A stretch of 64,000 nucleotides of DNA, taken from Thermoplasmata archaeon (lineage in GTDB: Archaea; Thermoplasmatota; Thermoplasmata; RBG-16-68-12; JAFNFQ01). The stretch covers positions 32,001-96,000 of the forward strand of contig JBGPQV010000002.1 of the NCBI GenBank assembly GCA_041489255.1. The letters run 5' to 3'. Both the position numbers and the translations under genes were made by a program. The notes under the pieces are model-generated. The model saw nothing but the letters and a program-made list of their open reading frames with translations, was not told the origin of the DNA and searched no databases. Positions 49,037 to 57,926 of the stretch are shown piece after piece. Numbering within the stretch: position 1 is the first letter of the stretch; each line of letters begins with the position of its first letter.

Positions 49037-49589
49037 CGGTCGCTTTCTTGCCGGAGGTCTTCTCAAAGAGAGCCTTGGACAGAGCCTGGAATGCCTCCTC
49101 GACGTTCTCGCCTTTCTTGGCGGAGGTGAAGAAATACGGGGCGTCGAACGCCTCCGTCGCCTGTTTGACCTCCTCCTCGCCGAATGCCGCCTTGTTCTTC
49201 AGGTCCATCTTGTTTATGGCGAACACCACGGGTATCTCGCCGACAGTCCTGAAAACCGACTCCACCCATCCATCCAGGTCCCCGAGAGTCTCCTCGCGCG
49301 TCACATCGCAGACGGCCAGTATCCCCTGGGCCCCGTGAAAGTATGCCTCGCGGAGCAGCTCCCTGAACCCTTTCGAGCCCATTATGTCCCAAATGGTCAT
49401 GTCCATGGACACTGGAGATTCGCCCTCCATGGACATCTCGAACTCTTTCTTGGAGACCTTCGCACCGAGGGTCGTGATATACCTGTCATCGAACTCATCC
49501 AGAACGTATCTGCGGATCAGCGATGTCTTGCCGACCGCATGCTCTCCAACCAAGCATATCTTCGACTTCATCAGTTGCGTTTCGGTCAA
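49029..49589 (-). CDS. Ras-superfamily (Rab-like) small GTPase
   Basis: G1 GEHAVGKTS, G2 YITTLG, G3 WDIMG, G4 NKMD, G5 TSAK. Confidence 0.93.
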   Translation of the reverse strand: MTETQLMKSKICLVGEHAVGKTSLIRRYVLDEFDDRYITTLGAKVSKKEFEMSMEGESPVSMDMTIWDIMGSKGFRELLREAYFHGAQGILAVCDVTREETLGDLDGWVESVFRTVGEIPVVFAINKMDLKNKAAFGEEEVKQATEAFDAPYFFTSAKKGENVEEAFQALSKALFEKTSGKKATVK

Positions 49590-49798
49590 TTCGTCGGCCT
49601 CCGTGCTTCAAGCGAGACAAGGGCGGTCATTTCGGTTTCATTCATGCCGCGTCCACTCCCTGCATCGGATTCGGTACTCGAATGACCTCCGAGTACTTAG
49701 CAATTTTGCAGTGGTTCTCTTCCGTGAATCGCGACGCGGCCAATCACCGACCGGACTGGTCGGCCAATCGTTATATAACGCCCCTCGAATGCAACCGC

Positions 49799-50725
49799 GT
49801 GGATGGCTTCGCGGCTTTCCGCGTCCTCACCGGTCTGGCTTTCCTCGGCTTCGCCTCATGCCGAGACTTGAAAACGCGCCGCGTTCCCGATGAGGTCTGG
49901 ATCGTGATGGGCGTCTTGGCCCTGGTTTTGCTCGAGGTCGAACTCGTCCAAGGGGGAGCCTCCTGGGAACATCAGCTACTCCTTGTCCCGACTGCGATTA
50001 TCTTCTTCGGCGTCTTCTTCGGGGAGGAGATGTGGACCGAGGAAGGATTCAGATTGAGACCCATCAGACTCATCGTCTACGCAGTTGCAGGCCTGCTCTT
50101 GGCGTTCCTCGCGTATCATTTCTGGAGCACGAGCGGCAGCGATTCCAATGCGTTCTGGGGCCACCTGAGCATGCCCATAATGCTCGTCCTCGCTCACGTG
50201 TTTTACCAGTTCGGGTTGCTTCGCGGCGGGGCGGATGCAAAGGCGTTCATGTCGATTGCCATCCTCGTGCCAATCTATCCGAGCATTGGACCCGGACTAC
50301 CGCTCGTTAGTCTCTCCCCGACCATCCAGCATGCCGTCGATCTGATGTTTCCTTTCGCGCTCGTCGCCCTCCTTGACGCTGCGCTCCTGCTTGTGTTCCT
50401 ACCGCTGTTCTTCCTGGTATTCAATGCATTACGTGGAGACGCCAAGGGAATCCAAGCACTTTTCGGCTACCGAGTCGGCATCGACAAAGTGCCCAAGTTC
50501 GTCTGGCTGATGGACAGGGTGGAGAACGGCAAGCATCTCAGGATCCTTCTGCCTCGGAAGAGGGAGGACCGGAATGAACAGATCGCGAGGCTACGAGAGA
50601 AAGGCTTCGACCGCGTGTGGGTGACGCCGCAGATTCCATTCCTCGTGCCCATGACCTTCGGGTTTGCCGCGGCCTTCCTTGTGGGCAACTTCAGCTTAGG
50701 CCTGACGCTGCTGTTCGGGCGGTGA
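49799..50725 (+). CDS. A24 prepilin/preflagellin peptidase (FlaK/PibD-like)
   Basis: DLKTRRVPD, GGADAKA, VWVTPQIPFLVP; GTG start after TATA ttatataa at 49771. Confidence 0.88.
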   Translation: MDGFAAFRVLTGLAFLGFASCRDLKTRRVPDEVWIVMGVLALVLLEVELVQGGASWEHQLLLVPTAIIFFGVFFGEEMWTEEGFRLRPIRLIVYAVAGLLLAFLAYHFWSTSGSDSNAFWGHLSMPIMLVLAHVFYQFGLLRGGADAKAFMSIAILVPIYPSIGPGLPLVSLSPTIQHAVDLMFPFALVALLDAALLLVFLPLFFLVFNALRGDAKGIQALFGYRVGIDKVPKFVWLMDRVENGKHLRILLPRKREDRNEQIARLREKGFDRVWVTPQIPFLVPMTFGFAAAFLVGNFSLGLTLLFGR

Positions 50726-50740
50726 ATGAGCGGGATTCCG

Positions 50741-50760
50741 GAAAAAGAAGCCTTTTATAG
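50741..50760 (+). promoter_or_regulatory. Archaeal BRE/TATA promoter of the 5S-like RNA
   Basis: Purine-rich gaaaaagaag followed by TTTTATAG, about 25-30 nt upstream of the RNA start. Confidence 0.6.
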
Positions 50761-50785
50761 GGCCGATGTTCTACTTCCCGACAGC

Positions 50786-50976
50786 AGTGGTACGACGGTC
50801 AAAGCGGCGGTGATACACCCGGTCTCTTTCCGAACCCGGAAGTTAAGCCCGTCCACGTTCTCCGCTGTACTGTGGTGCGCGAGCACACGGGAAGCCTATC
50901 CCCGTAAGGGGCCTCCGGCAAGCGACCTAGGTACGCTAGCCGCCTACCCTTGTGGTAGGTGACGAAACGTACCGCT
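50786..50976 (+). rRNA. rrf: 5S rRNA (or 5S-derived RNA) with an atypical, expanded 3' part
   Basis: 50788-50895 carries 5S hallmarks: ACACCCGG..CCGAAC.CGGAAGTTAAGC, loop E TGTA/GGAA, GCGA tetraloop. After 50895 the sequence is non-canonical; 50968-50976 can pair with 50786-50794. Confidence 0.8.
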
Positions 50977-53900
50977 TTAACGGCCGTTTGTCGGTGGAAC
51001 GCTGTCGGCCACTGCCTCGCGCTTCTTTCTCTTTCTGCTGAGGAACCTCTGGCCCGCGAAGATGAACATGGGTATCGCGATCGGGATGATCACGTCCTGG
51101 AATTCAGGGATGATCACGGTTGCCGACGCCTTGCTCTCCGACAATTTATACCCACTCTGCGAGGTGTAGTTCAGGAACACCCAGTTCACCAGTATCGAGT
51201 TCTGTGCAGGGTTCTTGATCTGCACCGTGATCGTGAAGCTGTGCGCGCCCGGACCCACGTTCGCGAAAATCCAACGGTACGTCTGGCCGCTCCACGAAGA
51301 AGGAGCGACGCTCGCTCCGAGATACGTCACGTCGGTCGGCAGCGTGTCGTTGATCCACACCCTCAGGGCGTTGGCGCTGCCCGTGTTGTTGAAGTAGATT
51401 GTGTAGGTGACGATCGCACCAGGGACCGTCACAGATGGCGATGCAGTTTTCTCAACCTTGATTGTCGGCCTCCGGCACGTGAAGTTCGCCCACGAAACGC
51501 TGCGCTCCATCCATCTGCCAAGCTGATCCGTGTAGTTGCCGAAGACCGTGTTCACTTGGAGGGTGCTATCCTGGGCATTTCCGTTCACCTGAGCGATAAT
51601 CGTGAACGACCTTGGAGCTCCAGCAGGAACATTGGCGAATCTCCATCTGTAGGTGTTCCCGCTCCAGGAAAATGGAGGGACGCTGCTGGAGTAGAAGGTG
51701 ACTCCGGCAGGGAGTGTGTCGTTGATCCACACCGCTCTCGACACTGCATCGCCCGTGTTGTTGTAATAGACGGTGTATTGGACGTAGTCGCCCGGACCAG
51801 CGATCAGCACATTCAGCGTTTTCACGACCCTGATGATTGGGCGATATCTGTCGTTGGGCCCACCTCTGGTCGGAATGCTGGACACATACCAATCTGAATT
51901 CGCATCCGTGTCGACTGGTTTGCCGTCGCTCGCCGCTTTGAATCGGGCCCAAGTCTGCGTCGTGCTGATCGAGGGATATGTAGTCGCATCGACAATCGTG
52001 TTGGCTGAATCCCTGAGGATAATGTTGCCGTTGGAACCCGGGAGGTCGCCTGAGGGAATATTGACCGAGAGATACTCGGCGCCGCTCAACCACGATCCGA
52101 TAATCTCCGTCGTGAATGTGTAGATTGTGATGTACTTGTTCCCTTTGATGATCTGCAGTCTCCACCCACTGAGAGCGACCGGAGAGGATGTGGGGTTCGC
52201 GAGTTCCACCCACGCGGCTCCTTTTTGAGGATATATCTCGTTGATGACAACGTTGTCGCCAGCAGGGGATCGCACGCCGTATCTCCCTCCCCTCGTGAGG
52301 AGAGGTGAGACTGAGTCGGTGTCGCGCAACCAGTCGGTCATGTAGACGATGACCCTGAAACCTGGCACGAGGCCGAACACGGTGGCATTCGCCGCCATCT
52401 CCAACCTGCCAGAGTCGATGGCAGCCGCGACATTTCCCATCCATTCGAACGGCACATTCGCGTTCGGGCGGTACCTGAAAAGGCTCGCATTGTTGAGCTG
52501 CCCCTGGCGCCCATTCGCCACGAGCGCATAGTCGACACCATAGACCTGGCCTTCGATCTCCGTATAGAGACCTGTCGCAGTGCTGTTGTCCGCGTCGACG
52601 TACGCAAATGCCGTGTCCATGCCGGTGGGGACGTTGTAGGAGAAAGGCCCCACGTATCGCGACACAATCCTCCCTGCGTAGGGAGCTGGGAAATAGCTAG
52701 GGATCGTCGCGTTGAGCCAGAAGTCCGAGCCTGCGGGATAATCGAGAACGCCGTCCGCATCAACATCGCCATTCGATTGACTGTCAGGGGTTCCGTCGTT
52801 GTTGAAGTCATCCGGAAGAGAATCTATTGAGTCGGGCACCGTGTCCCCATCTGCATCCGTGAATTGCGCTGGAATCGGCCTTTCTCTGAGATTGGGTAGG
52901 TCCTCACCACCAAGCATCCGACCCTGAACCTTCATGTAGAAAGCGAAATCGGCAGTGACATTCAGCCCGACCTCCGCGATGTCGACGTTCGTGTTGATCG
53001 ATTCCAGGCCTCCGGAGGAGCGCACATCCCATAGTCCGTCCCTTTGAACCTTCGCCGCGTCCCAATCCCCAAACACCCCATCGATGGTCACCTTGGGCGC
53101 TTGGCGGTAGTAGGTCCCCGAGATAATCGAGTCCTTGAGATCCACGAGTGAATTTGTGGATATGGCAGAAACCTTGAGCGTCAGCGAGCTCGCATCCGGG
53201 GCAGCTGAGAGGTGCGCAACCACGAAGAGCGAGACGCTCTCCCCCTCTCTAATCGTCAGGTCGACTCCGAGACTGCCGATTCCAGAGATGAACGAGGATG
53301 TGTTGAGCAGCGTGTCAGCAGGCTCGTACGTCCCATCGTTGTCGTCAAGATGAAGGCTCAGCACCACGGACTGGTCGGGCATCGAACCCTGCTTGGTGAC
53401 GTTGACGGCATGGATTGTGCTCGAACCTGCCTCGGCCCGCAGGCGCACATAGAGGAAAGCTTGATCGTCAACCGTCATGATGTCGCTCACGAGAGTCCTC
53501 TGGGTCACTGCGAGCGTGGAATATGCCACACATGCGACGTCATCCGCGATGTCGATCACTCCGGTCGTGTTCGCGGTTAGAACGATGATGTGGGCCTCGC
53601 TTGGTTCGGCCAACGGCATCATGAACTCGAGCATGCTTCCTGAAGTCGCTGCCGCGATCGCATTTCTGTGCGAGAACGCAGAGAGATTGTTCTGACCCCC
53701 GCCAAGCCCCGAAGTCCATTCCGAGACTCTCGAACCCGCCATCTTTCCATCATAGCCGCTGATCAGAACGTCCATATCGGCACCTATGCCGCCTATCGAA
53801 TATCCTGTGGACGGTCGCCCGTCCGCGTCCACCATGATTATGATATAATCAATGAGGTCCGGTGCGGCGGGAGCACTCGGTGTGTCGAACATGACTCCGT

Positions 53901-55674
53901 CGACCTCGACATATACGGCGAGCTGCCCATCTTGCGAGGAGACCTTTGTTGATACGATATCCAGGTCAGAGCGGTAGGAGACATTGGCTCCCCTTGTGTC
54001 CCCGACCGCGTCGTCATGCGTCGGGATTCCTGCCCAGTCTGAGAAGCTGCCATCGACTCTCAGGATCGTCGTCTGAGGCCCGCTTGGGATGAGAGTTGCT
54101 ATCAACGGCGCGAGGAGGAGAATCGCGATTACGGCAGCGACTACGCCTGCGGACCTGAACCAGCCTCGTTCCGCACGGTAGATCGGCTGGAACCTTCCGC
54201 GCCTTCCGTTGGTGAAGCCGTTCCCATTCACTAGGCCGTTCACATGACCTATGCCGTTGACGAGGCCGTACACTCTCCCCAAGCCGTTGACCAGGCCGTT
54301 GGTCCTCCCGATGCCGTTCACAAGACCGTTCGTCCTTCCGAGACCGTTGACCAAGCCGTTCGTCCGGCCAATGCCGTTAACCAAGCCATTGGTTCGGCCT
54401 AGCCCGTTGACAAGGCCGTTGGTTCTCCCGATCCCGTTGACCAGCCCGTTGACGCGCCCTTCCCTCGGCGTCCCTTTTGCGCGGGGAACGCCGACCGTCC
54501 TCAGACCTTCGAGAGCTTTCCGCTCGCCCTCCATCTTCATGCGGCGGACGTCTTTGGCGCGCGCCCTCGATGTGTCAGCCTCCTCGTTCCTGCCAAGCCT
54601 CTGCAAGAGCTCCGCCCTCGTCTCCCACGCGACATCGAGCCTCGAATCCGATCGAAGGAGGCGCTCGTAGTAGCTGAGCGCTTTCTGGATTGCCGATATC
54701 TCCGTGGCAGGTTTCTCCGGCGGCGCCATCGCCGACCATCGTGGCGGTATCAAGGACGAGTCGGCCAGGGTCTCGGCCAGGTTCAGGACCTGCAGTCTGT
54801 ACTCCTCATCCCTGGCGGGATTGATCTTCGCTGCCCTCTCGAGGCATTGCACCGCCTCCTTGGGCCGCCCGAGCTCACGGAGAACGTGCGACTTCAGTAC
54901 CCAAGCCCTTTCGAGCTTCGGGTCAACTTCCAGCAGTTCTTCGTAGTGTCTCAACTCCTCGCCGAGCTGGTCCGCTCTTGTCGGAGTCTTCTCGGCGACC
55001 CTCTGCCAGCGGGCGAGGAAGTCTTGGGAAACGCCTTTGCTTTCCTTGATCTCTGGGGCCGGGATTTCCCCAAGAACGGTTTCCTCGGCGGATGAATAAC
55101 CGCATATGCCGCACCTCTCTGCCCCGGGAGCGAGGAAGGCGCCACAATGGGGGCAGACCTTGACCTCCTCCTTCTCAACCTGTGTGACGACTTCCCTGGG
55201 GAGCTCCTCCTCCACCGCCTCAGCCTCTTCGATCACCTGATGGCATGTGGAACAACTCTCGGCATCCTTGGACAGGAATGCGCCGCAATTGGAGCAGATA
55301 TAGAGCGCCGGCTGCTCGGAGACTCCCTTGGCGGGCTCCGCCGCTGGAGCAGGCGCCCCGTCTTCCTCCTCTTCGAACTCCGTGCCGCATTGAGGACAGA
55401 TCTCCGAGTCTGCACTGGCGAATGCGCCGCAGACAGGGCAAATGAACAGCTCCGCCTTATTGGAATACCATCGGTCGCCTATGGAGATCGACTCGGAGGC
55501 CTTCGCCCTCACCGCGGTTGCCTCCTCCAGGGAGAGCACGCATGATTCCGCGATCGCCTCCGGAGTGGCATCCGCAAGGTCATCGATCCGCGGGTACCTT
55601 GCGCGGACTCTCGCCGCCTTCTCGCGGTCGAGGTCGCAGGTCGTCAGTAGCCACTCTTCGTACAGCTCATCCAT
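50977..55674 (-). CDS. 1565-aa membrane-spanning protein: zinc ribbons, TPR, NG-repeat, TM, extracellular sugar-binding-like/LTD/DUF11 domains, PEF-CTERM
   Basis: Three CxxCGAF...CxxC pairs; TPR-like helices; TM GVVAAVIAILLLAPLIATLI; two (I/V)DG.F.DW domains; VVINEI..WVELANP (lamin-tail-like); two DUF11-like units; IPEF-TM-RKRKKR. Confidence 0.88.
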   Translation of the reverse strand: MDELYEEWLLTTCDLDREKAARVRARYPRIDDLADATPEAIAESCVLSLEEATAVRAKASESISIGDRWYSNKAELFICPVCGAFASADSEICPQCGTEFEEEEDGAPAPAAEPAKGVSEQPALYICSNCGAFLSKDAESCSTCHQVIEEAEAVEEELPREVVTQVEKEEVKVCPHCGAFLAPGAERCGICGYSSAEETVLGEIPAPEIKESKGVSQDFLARWQRVAEKTPTRADQLGEELRHYEELLEVDPKLERAWVLKSHVLRELGRPKEAVQCLERAAKINPARDEEYRLQVLNLAETLADSSLIPPRWSAMAPPEKPATEISAIQKALSYYERLLRSDSRLDVAWETRAELLQRLGRNEEADTSRARAKDVRRMKMEGERKALEGLRTVGVPRAKGTPREGRVNGLVNGIGRTNGLVNGLGRTNGLVNGIGRTNGLVNGLGRTNGLVNGIGRTNGLVNGLGRVYGLVNGIGHVNGLVNGNGFTNGRRGRFQPIYRAERGWFRSAGVVAAVIAILLLAPLIATLIPSGPQTTILRVDGSFSDWAGIPTHDDAVGDTRGANVSYRSDLDIVSTKVSSQDGQLAVYVEVDGVMFDTPSAPAAPDLIDYIIIMVDADGRPSTGYSIGGIGADMDVLISGYDGKMAGSRVSEWTSGLGGGQNNLSAFSHRNAIAAATSGSMLEFMMPLAEPSEAHIIVLTANTTGVIDIADDVACVAYSTLAVTQRTLVSDIMTVDDQAFLYVRLRAEAGSSTIHAVNVTKQGSMPDQSVVLSLHLDDNDGTYEPADTLLNTSSFISGIGSLGVDLTIREGESVSLFVVAHLSAAPDASSLTLKVSAISTNSLVDLKDSIISGTYYRQAPKVTIDGVFGDWDAAKVQRDGLWDVRSSGGLESINTNVDIAEVGLNVTADFAFYMKVQGRMLGGEDLPNLRERPIPAQFTDADGDTVPDSIDSLPDDFNNDGTPDSQSNGDVDADGVLDYPAGSDFWLNATIPSYFPAPYAGRIVSRYVGPFSYNVPTGMDTAFAYVDADNSTATGLYTEIEGQVYGVDYALVANGRQGQLNNASLFRYRPNANVPFEWMGNVAAAIDSGRLEMAANATVFGLVPGFRVIVYMTDWLRDTDSVSPLLTRGGRYGVRSPAGDNVVINEIYPQKGAAWVELANPTSSPVALSGWRLQIIKGNKYITIYTFTTEIIGSWLSGAEYLSVNIPSGDLPGSNGNIILRDSANTIVDATTYPSISTTQTWARFKAASDGKPVDTDANSDWYVSSIPTRGGPNDRYRPIIRVVKTLNVLIAGPGDYVQYTVYYNNTGDAVSRAVWINDTLPAGVTFYSSSVPPFSWSGNTYRWRFANVPAGAPRSFTIIAQVNGNAQDSTLQVNTVFGNYTDQLGRWMERSVSWANFTCRRPTIKVEKTASPSVTVPGAIVTYTIYFNNTGSANALRVWINDTLPTDVTYLGASVAPSSWSGQTYRWIFANVGPGAHSFTITVQIKNPAQNSILVNWVFLNYTSQSGYKLSESKASATVIIPEFQDVIIPIAIPMFIFAGQRFLSRKRKKREAVADSVPPTNGR
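54206..54460 (-). repeat. In-frame 30-bp (10-aa) tandem repeat GR(T/V)NGLVNG(I/L), about 8 copies
   Basis: Visible in both translation and DNA; copies differ mostly at synonymous positions. Confidence 0.95.
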
Positions 55675-55709
55675 CTGAGGATACGATTATCGCCGGTATT
55701 CAAGCCATG

Positions 55710-55743
55710 TGTGGAAGCGCATAGGGCAAATGTGGAAGCGCAT
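55710..55743. repeat. 13-bp direct repeat TGTGGAAGCGCAT x2, period 21 bp; putative operator
   Basis: Copies at 55710-55722 and 55731-55743 in the intergenic region upstream of the 1565-aa gene. Confidence 0.7.
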
Positions 55744-55768
55744 TTTACCTTGCTAGAACATTATATTG

Positions 55769-56461
55769 TCAATTTACAAGGGTACCGTAGGGATCCAGGG
55801 GGATTGACAACACCCCTTTTCCCCTCCCTTTCCCAATCCTGAGCTGGAGCTCCGTTTCCGTCCGTCTGAGGACCTGCGGCGACTGCCTTTCGTCCTCGAG
55901 GCGCGTCAAAATCCGCTCGACATATGCCCTCGCCCTCAGATGCTGCTTTTCCTGCTTGTCCTTGAGCACATTGGTCGGATACAATCTCGTGAACCTTCCA
56001 TCTATCGCGACCGTGACGAGACCGAGCTTCTCTAGTTCTGACGCGACCTTGCTGGCGGTCTGCCTGCTCGCGTTCATCGCCCCAGACAACTCGACCTTGG
56101 AGATGCCTGGCGACTCTACGATACTCCTCAGGGCATCACGCCTTTTCGAGGTACGAAGGGTGATGAAAAGATCCGCATCCGCCGGGTCAACGAAGTCCTT
56201 GGGGTAGTAGACCTTTTCGTCATGGCGGTGAACCACATATCCTCCGGAGACGAGACTCCGCAGATGCCAGACGACCGAGCTGGACGACATCTTTAGGTCG
56301 CTCGCAATCTTGCCGCCTGTCGTGAAGGGTCTTAGACTGAGATATTCCAGAATCCGGCGCCTGTGAGCGTTGAGGAGCGGTGACGTGGCGGGAGCGGGAG
56401 ACTCCGCTTTCTCTTTCCCGTCAAGGGCGTCTTGCAGCGCCTTGCCAATCCCTTTGAGCAT
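55769..56461 (-). CDS. Double winged-HTH transcriptional regulator
   Basis: RRRILEYL...IASDLKMSSSSVVWHLRSL and SPGISKVELSGAMNASRQTASKVASELEKLGLV. Confidence 0.85.
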   Translation of the reverse strand: MLKGIGKALQDALDGKEKAESPAPATSPLLNAHRRRILEYLSLRPFTTGGKIASDLKMSSSSVVWHLRSLVSGGYVVHRHDEKVYYPKDFVDPADADLFITLRTSKRRDALRSIVESPGISKVELSGAMNASRQTASKVASELEKLGLVTVAIDGRFTRLYPTNVLKDKQEKQHLRARAYVERILTRLEDERQSPQVLRRTETELQLRIGKGRGKGVLSIPLDPYGTLVN

Positions 56462-56462
56462 C

Positions 56463-57332
56463 CTATCCCTCTGAGTACTCCGCCAGAATGCTTTCTATAA
56501 GGTGCTCAGCCTTCAGCGTCTTGAAATCCTCGTCGCTGAGACCCTCGAGAGCCTTTTGCACGCTCTCTTGGATCCCCTTGGGGAGAGGTTTCTTCTGCTG
56601 CAGCACATCTCTAATCTGCGACGGTATCTTCGTCGTCAACTCGCGCTTGTAGGCGTTCGAGTCGACTATCAGCCCGAGGCCTTTCATGATCTTGTAAGGA
56701 TGCGAGAGTTCGCTGTGCTTCGTCGAACGGGCCTTGATGATCTTCAGCAATCGTATCACACTTCCCTCTGCCGCCTTGTACTTGAGGTGTATGACACAAT
56801 CCGCGAGGTACATCGGTATGATGGTCTCAGGGCCGGTCAGCTCGCCCGGGCCGTGCTCCTCGAGCGTGCACAGGACTGTTCCGACCCTGCGGGTCTCCTT
56901 CAACATGAAACCTATGAGGTCCCTCTGCTCATACTGGTCCTTGGTCGACCAGAGCACAGGAGTGAGAGGGTCGACGGCAATCCTCGTGTTGGCGCCTTTC
57001 CAGTCCGCCACGAATGCGGGAAGCTCCTTGCGGATGAAGTTGCTGAACTCCCGCCCGGACGCGTCGATGAACACGAGCAGCCCGTCCTCGAGATAGTCCA
57101 GGATGTCCGACCAGCCCATCTCGATGGCCTCGCGGATTATCTGCTCCTTGTTCTCGTCGAGGGAGACGAAGATGCCCTCCTGCCCTTCCTGGAGCCCGCG
57201 CCTGATGAACTGAGTCGCGCAGGTGGTCTTTCCGGCCCCGGACGAACCGATGACGACCGTCGTGCTGTTCTCGTTGAAGCCGCCGTCCAAGAGAGGATTG
57301 AGGCCGAAAATCCCACTCTTAATCTTGCGCAC
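56463..57332 (-). CDS. KaiC/RAD55-like ATPase (single domain)
   Basis: KSGIFGL..LLDGGF, GSSGAGKTT, FVSLDE, YLADCVIHL, IIKAR.TKH. Confidence 0.9.
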   Translation of the reverse strand: MRKIKSGIFGLNPLLDGGFNENSTTVVIGSSGAGKTTCATQFIRRGLQEGQEGIFVSLDENKEQIIREAIEMGWSDILDYLEDGLLVFIDASGREFSNFIRKELPAFVADWKGANTRIAVDPLTPVLWSTKDQYEQRDLIGFMLKETRRVGTVLCTLEEHGPGELTGPETIIPMYLADCVIHLKYKAAEGSVIRLLKIIKARSTKHSELSHPYKIMKGLGLIVDSNAYKRELTTKIPSQIRDVLQQKKPLPKGIQESVQKALEGLSDEDFKTLKAEHLIESILAEYSEG

Positions 57333-57463
57333 GGCTGAATTATCCGGCCCTCGCTATATATCACTTTTCCCGCGGGAATCTCGTTCGCGACCAAGTCGAG
57401 TCGCGGCAAGATCCAGCAGAAGTTGGATGGAATGTGGCGGGGAAGAGAGGAAATCGCTCGCCA

Positions 57464-57808
57464 TCAGCTCTTGGACGCCGCTCCACGTCTGACGTATTCC
57501 CGGAGGCGCTCGATATCCTTCTCGCCGAGACCAACTCCGAGGATGCCGTCCAACTTGAAAACGGGCCGACCCGATTCGAAGACCGCCAACGTCGGGACGA
57601 CGTCGATGGAGTAGATGTCCCACAGGGAATCGTCCATGTCATCGAGGAGCACCGCAGTGATCGACCATGGGAATTCATCCTGGTGTCGCTCCATTATCGG
57701 CCTGAACGCGCGGCAGAAAGGGCACCAGCTCGCGTCGAACATTACTATCACCGGATCCCTTGCGCGAAGAACCTCCATCTCGAATCTGTCTGGCGTGATC
57801 GTCCTCAT
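57464..57808 (-). CDS. Thioredoxin family protein
   Basis: F.ASWCPFC, IDVVPTL.VF..G. Confidence 0.88.
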   Translation of the reverse strand: MRTITPDRFEMEVLRARDPVIVMFDASWCPFCRAFRPIMERHQDEFPWSITAVLLDDMDDSLWDIYSIDVVPTLAVFESGRPVFKLDGILGVGLGEKDIERLREYVRRGAASKS

Positions 57809-57926
57809 CGTCGTCGAATGCGGTCATCACGCAACATGGTCATTAACCTGCTTCGACGCAGTATCACGCAAGGCTTTAGTGCATGTCGCGCATTCCCCGC
57901 CGCTCCTCAATTTTAGAAGGGATGGT

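Noticed and set aside
50896-50976. Hammerhead, HDV-like ribozyme or SAM-I riboswitch in the 5S tail
   Set aside because: CGAAA follows a hairpin but there is no CUGANGA core; HDV P1/P3 pairings could not be built; SAM-I similarity is only scattered words. Left unassigned.
54206-54460. CRISPR array
   Set aside because: No unique spacers; the period is 30 bp, in frame, with synonymous variation; no cas genes in the window.
56463-57332. True circadian KaiC clock
   Set aside because: Single ATPase domain and no KaiA/KaiB genes nearby.
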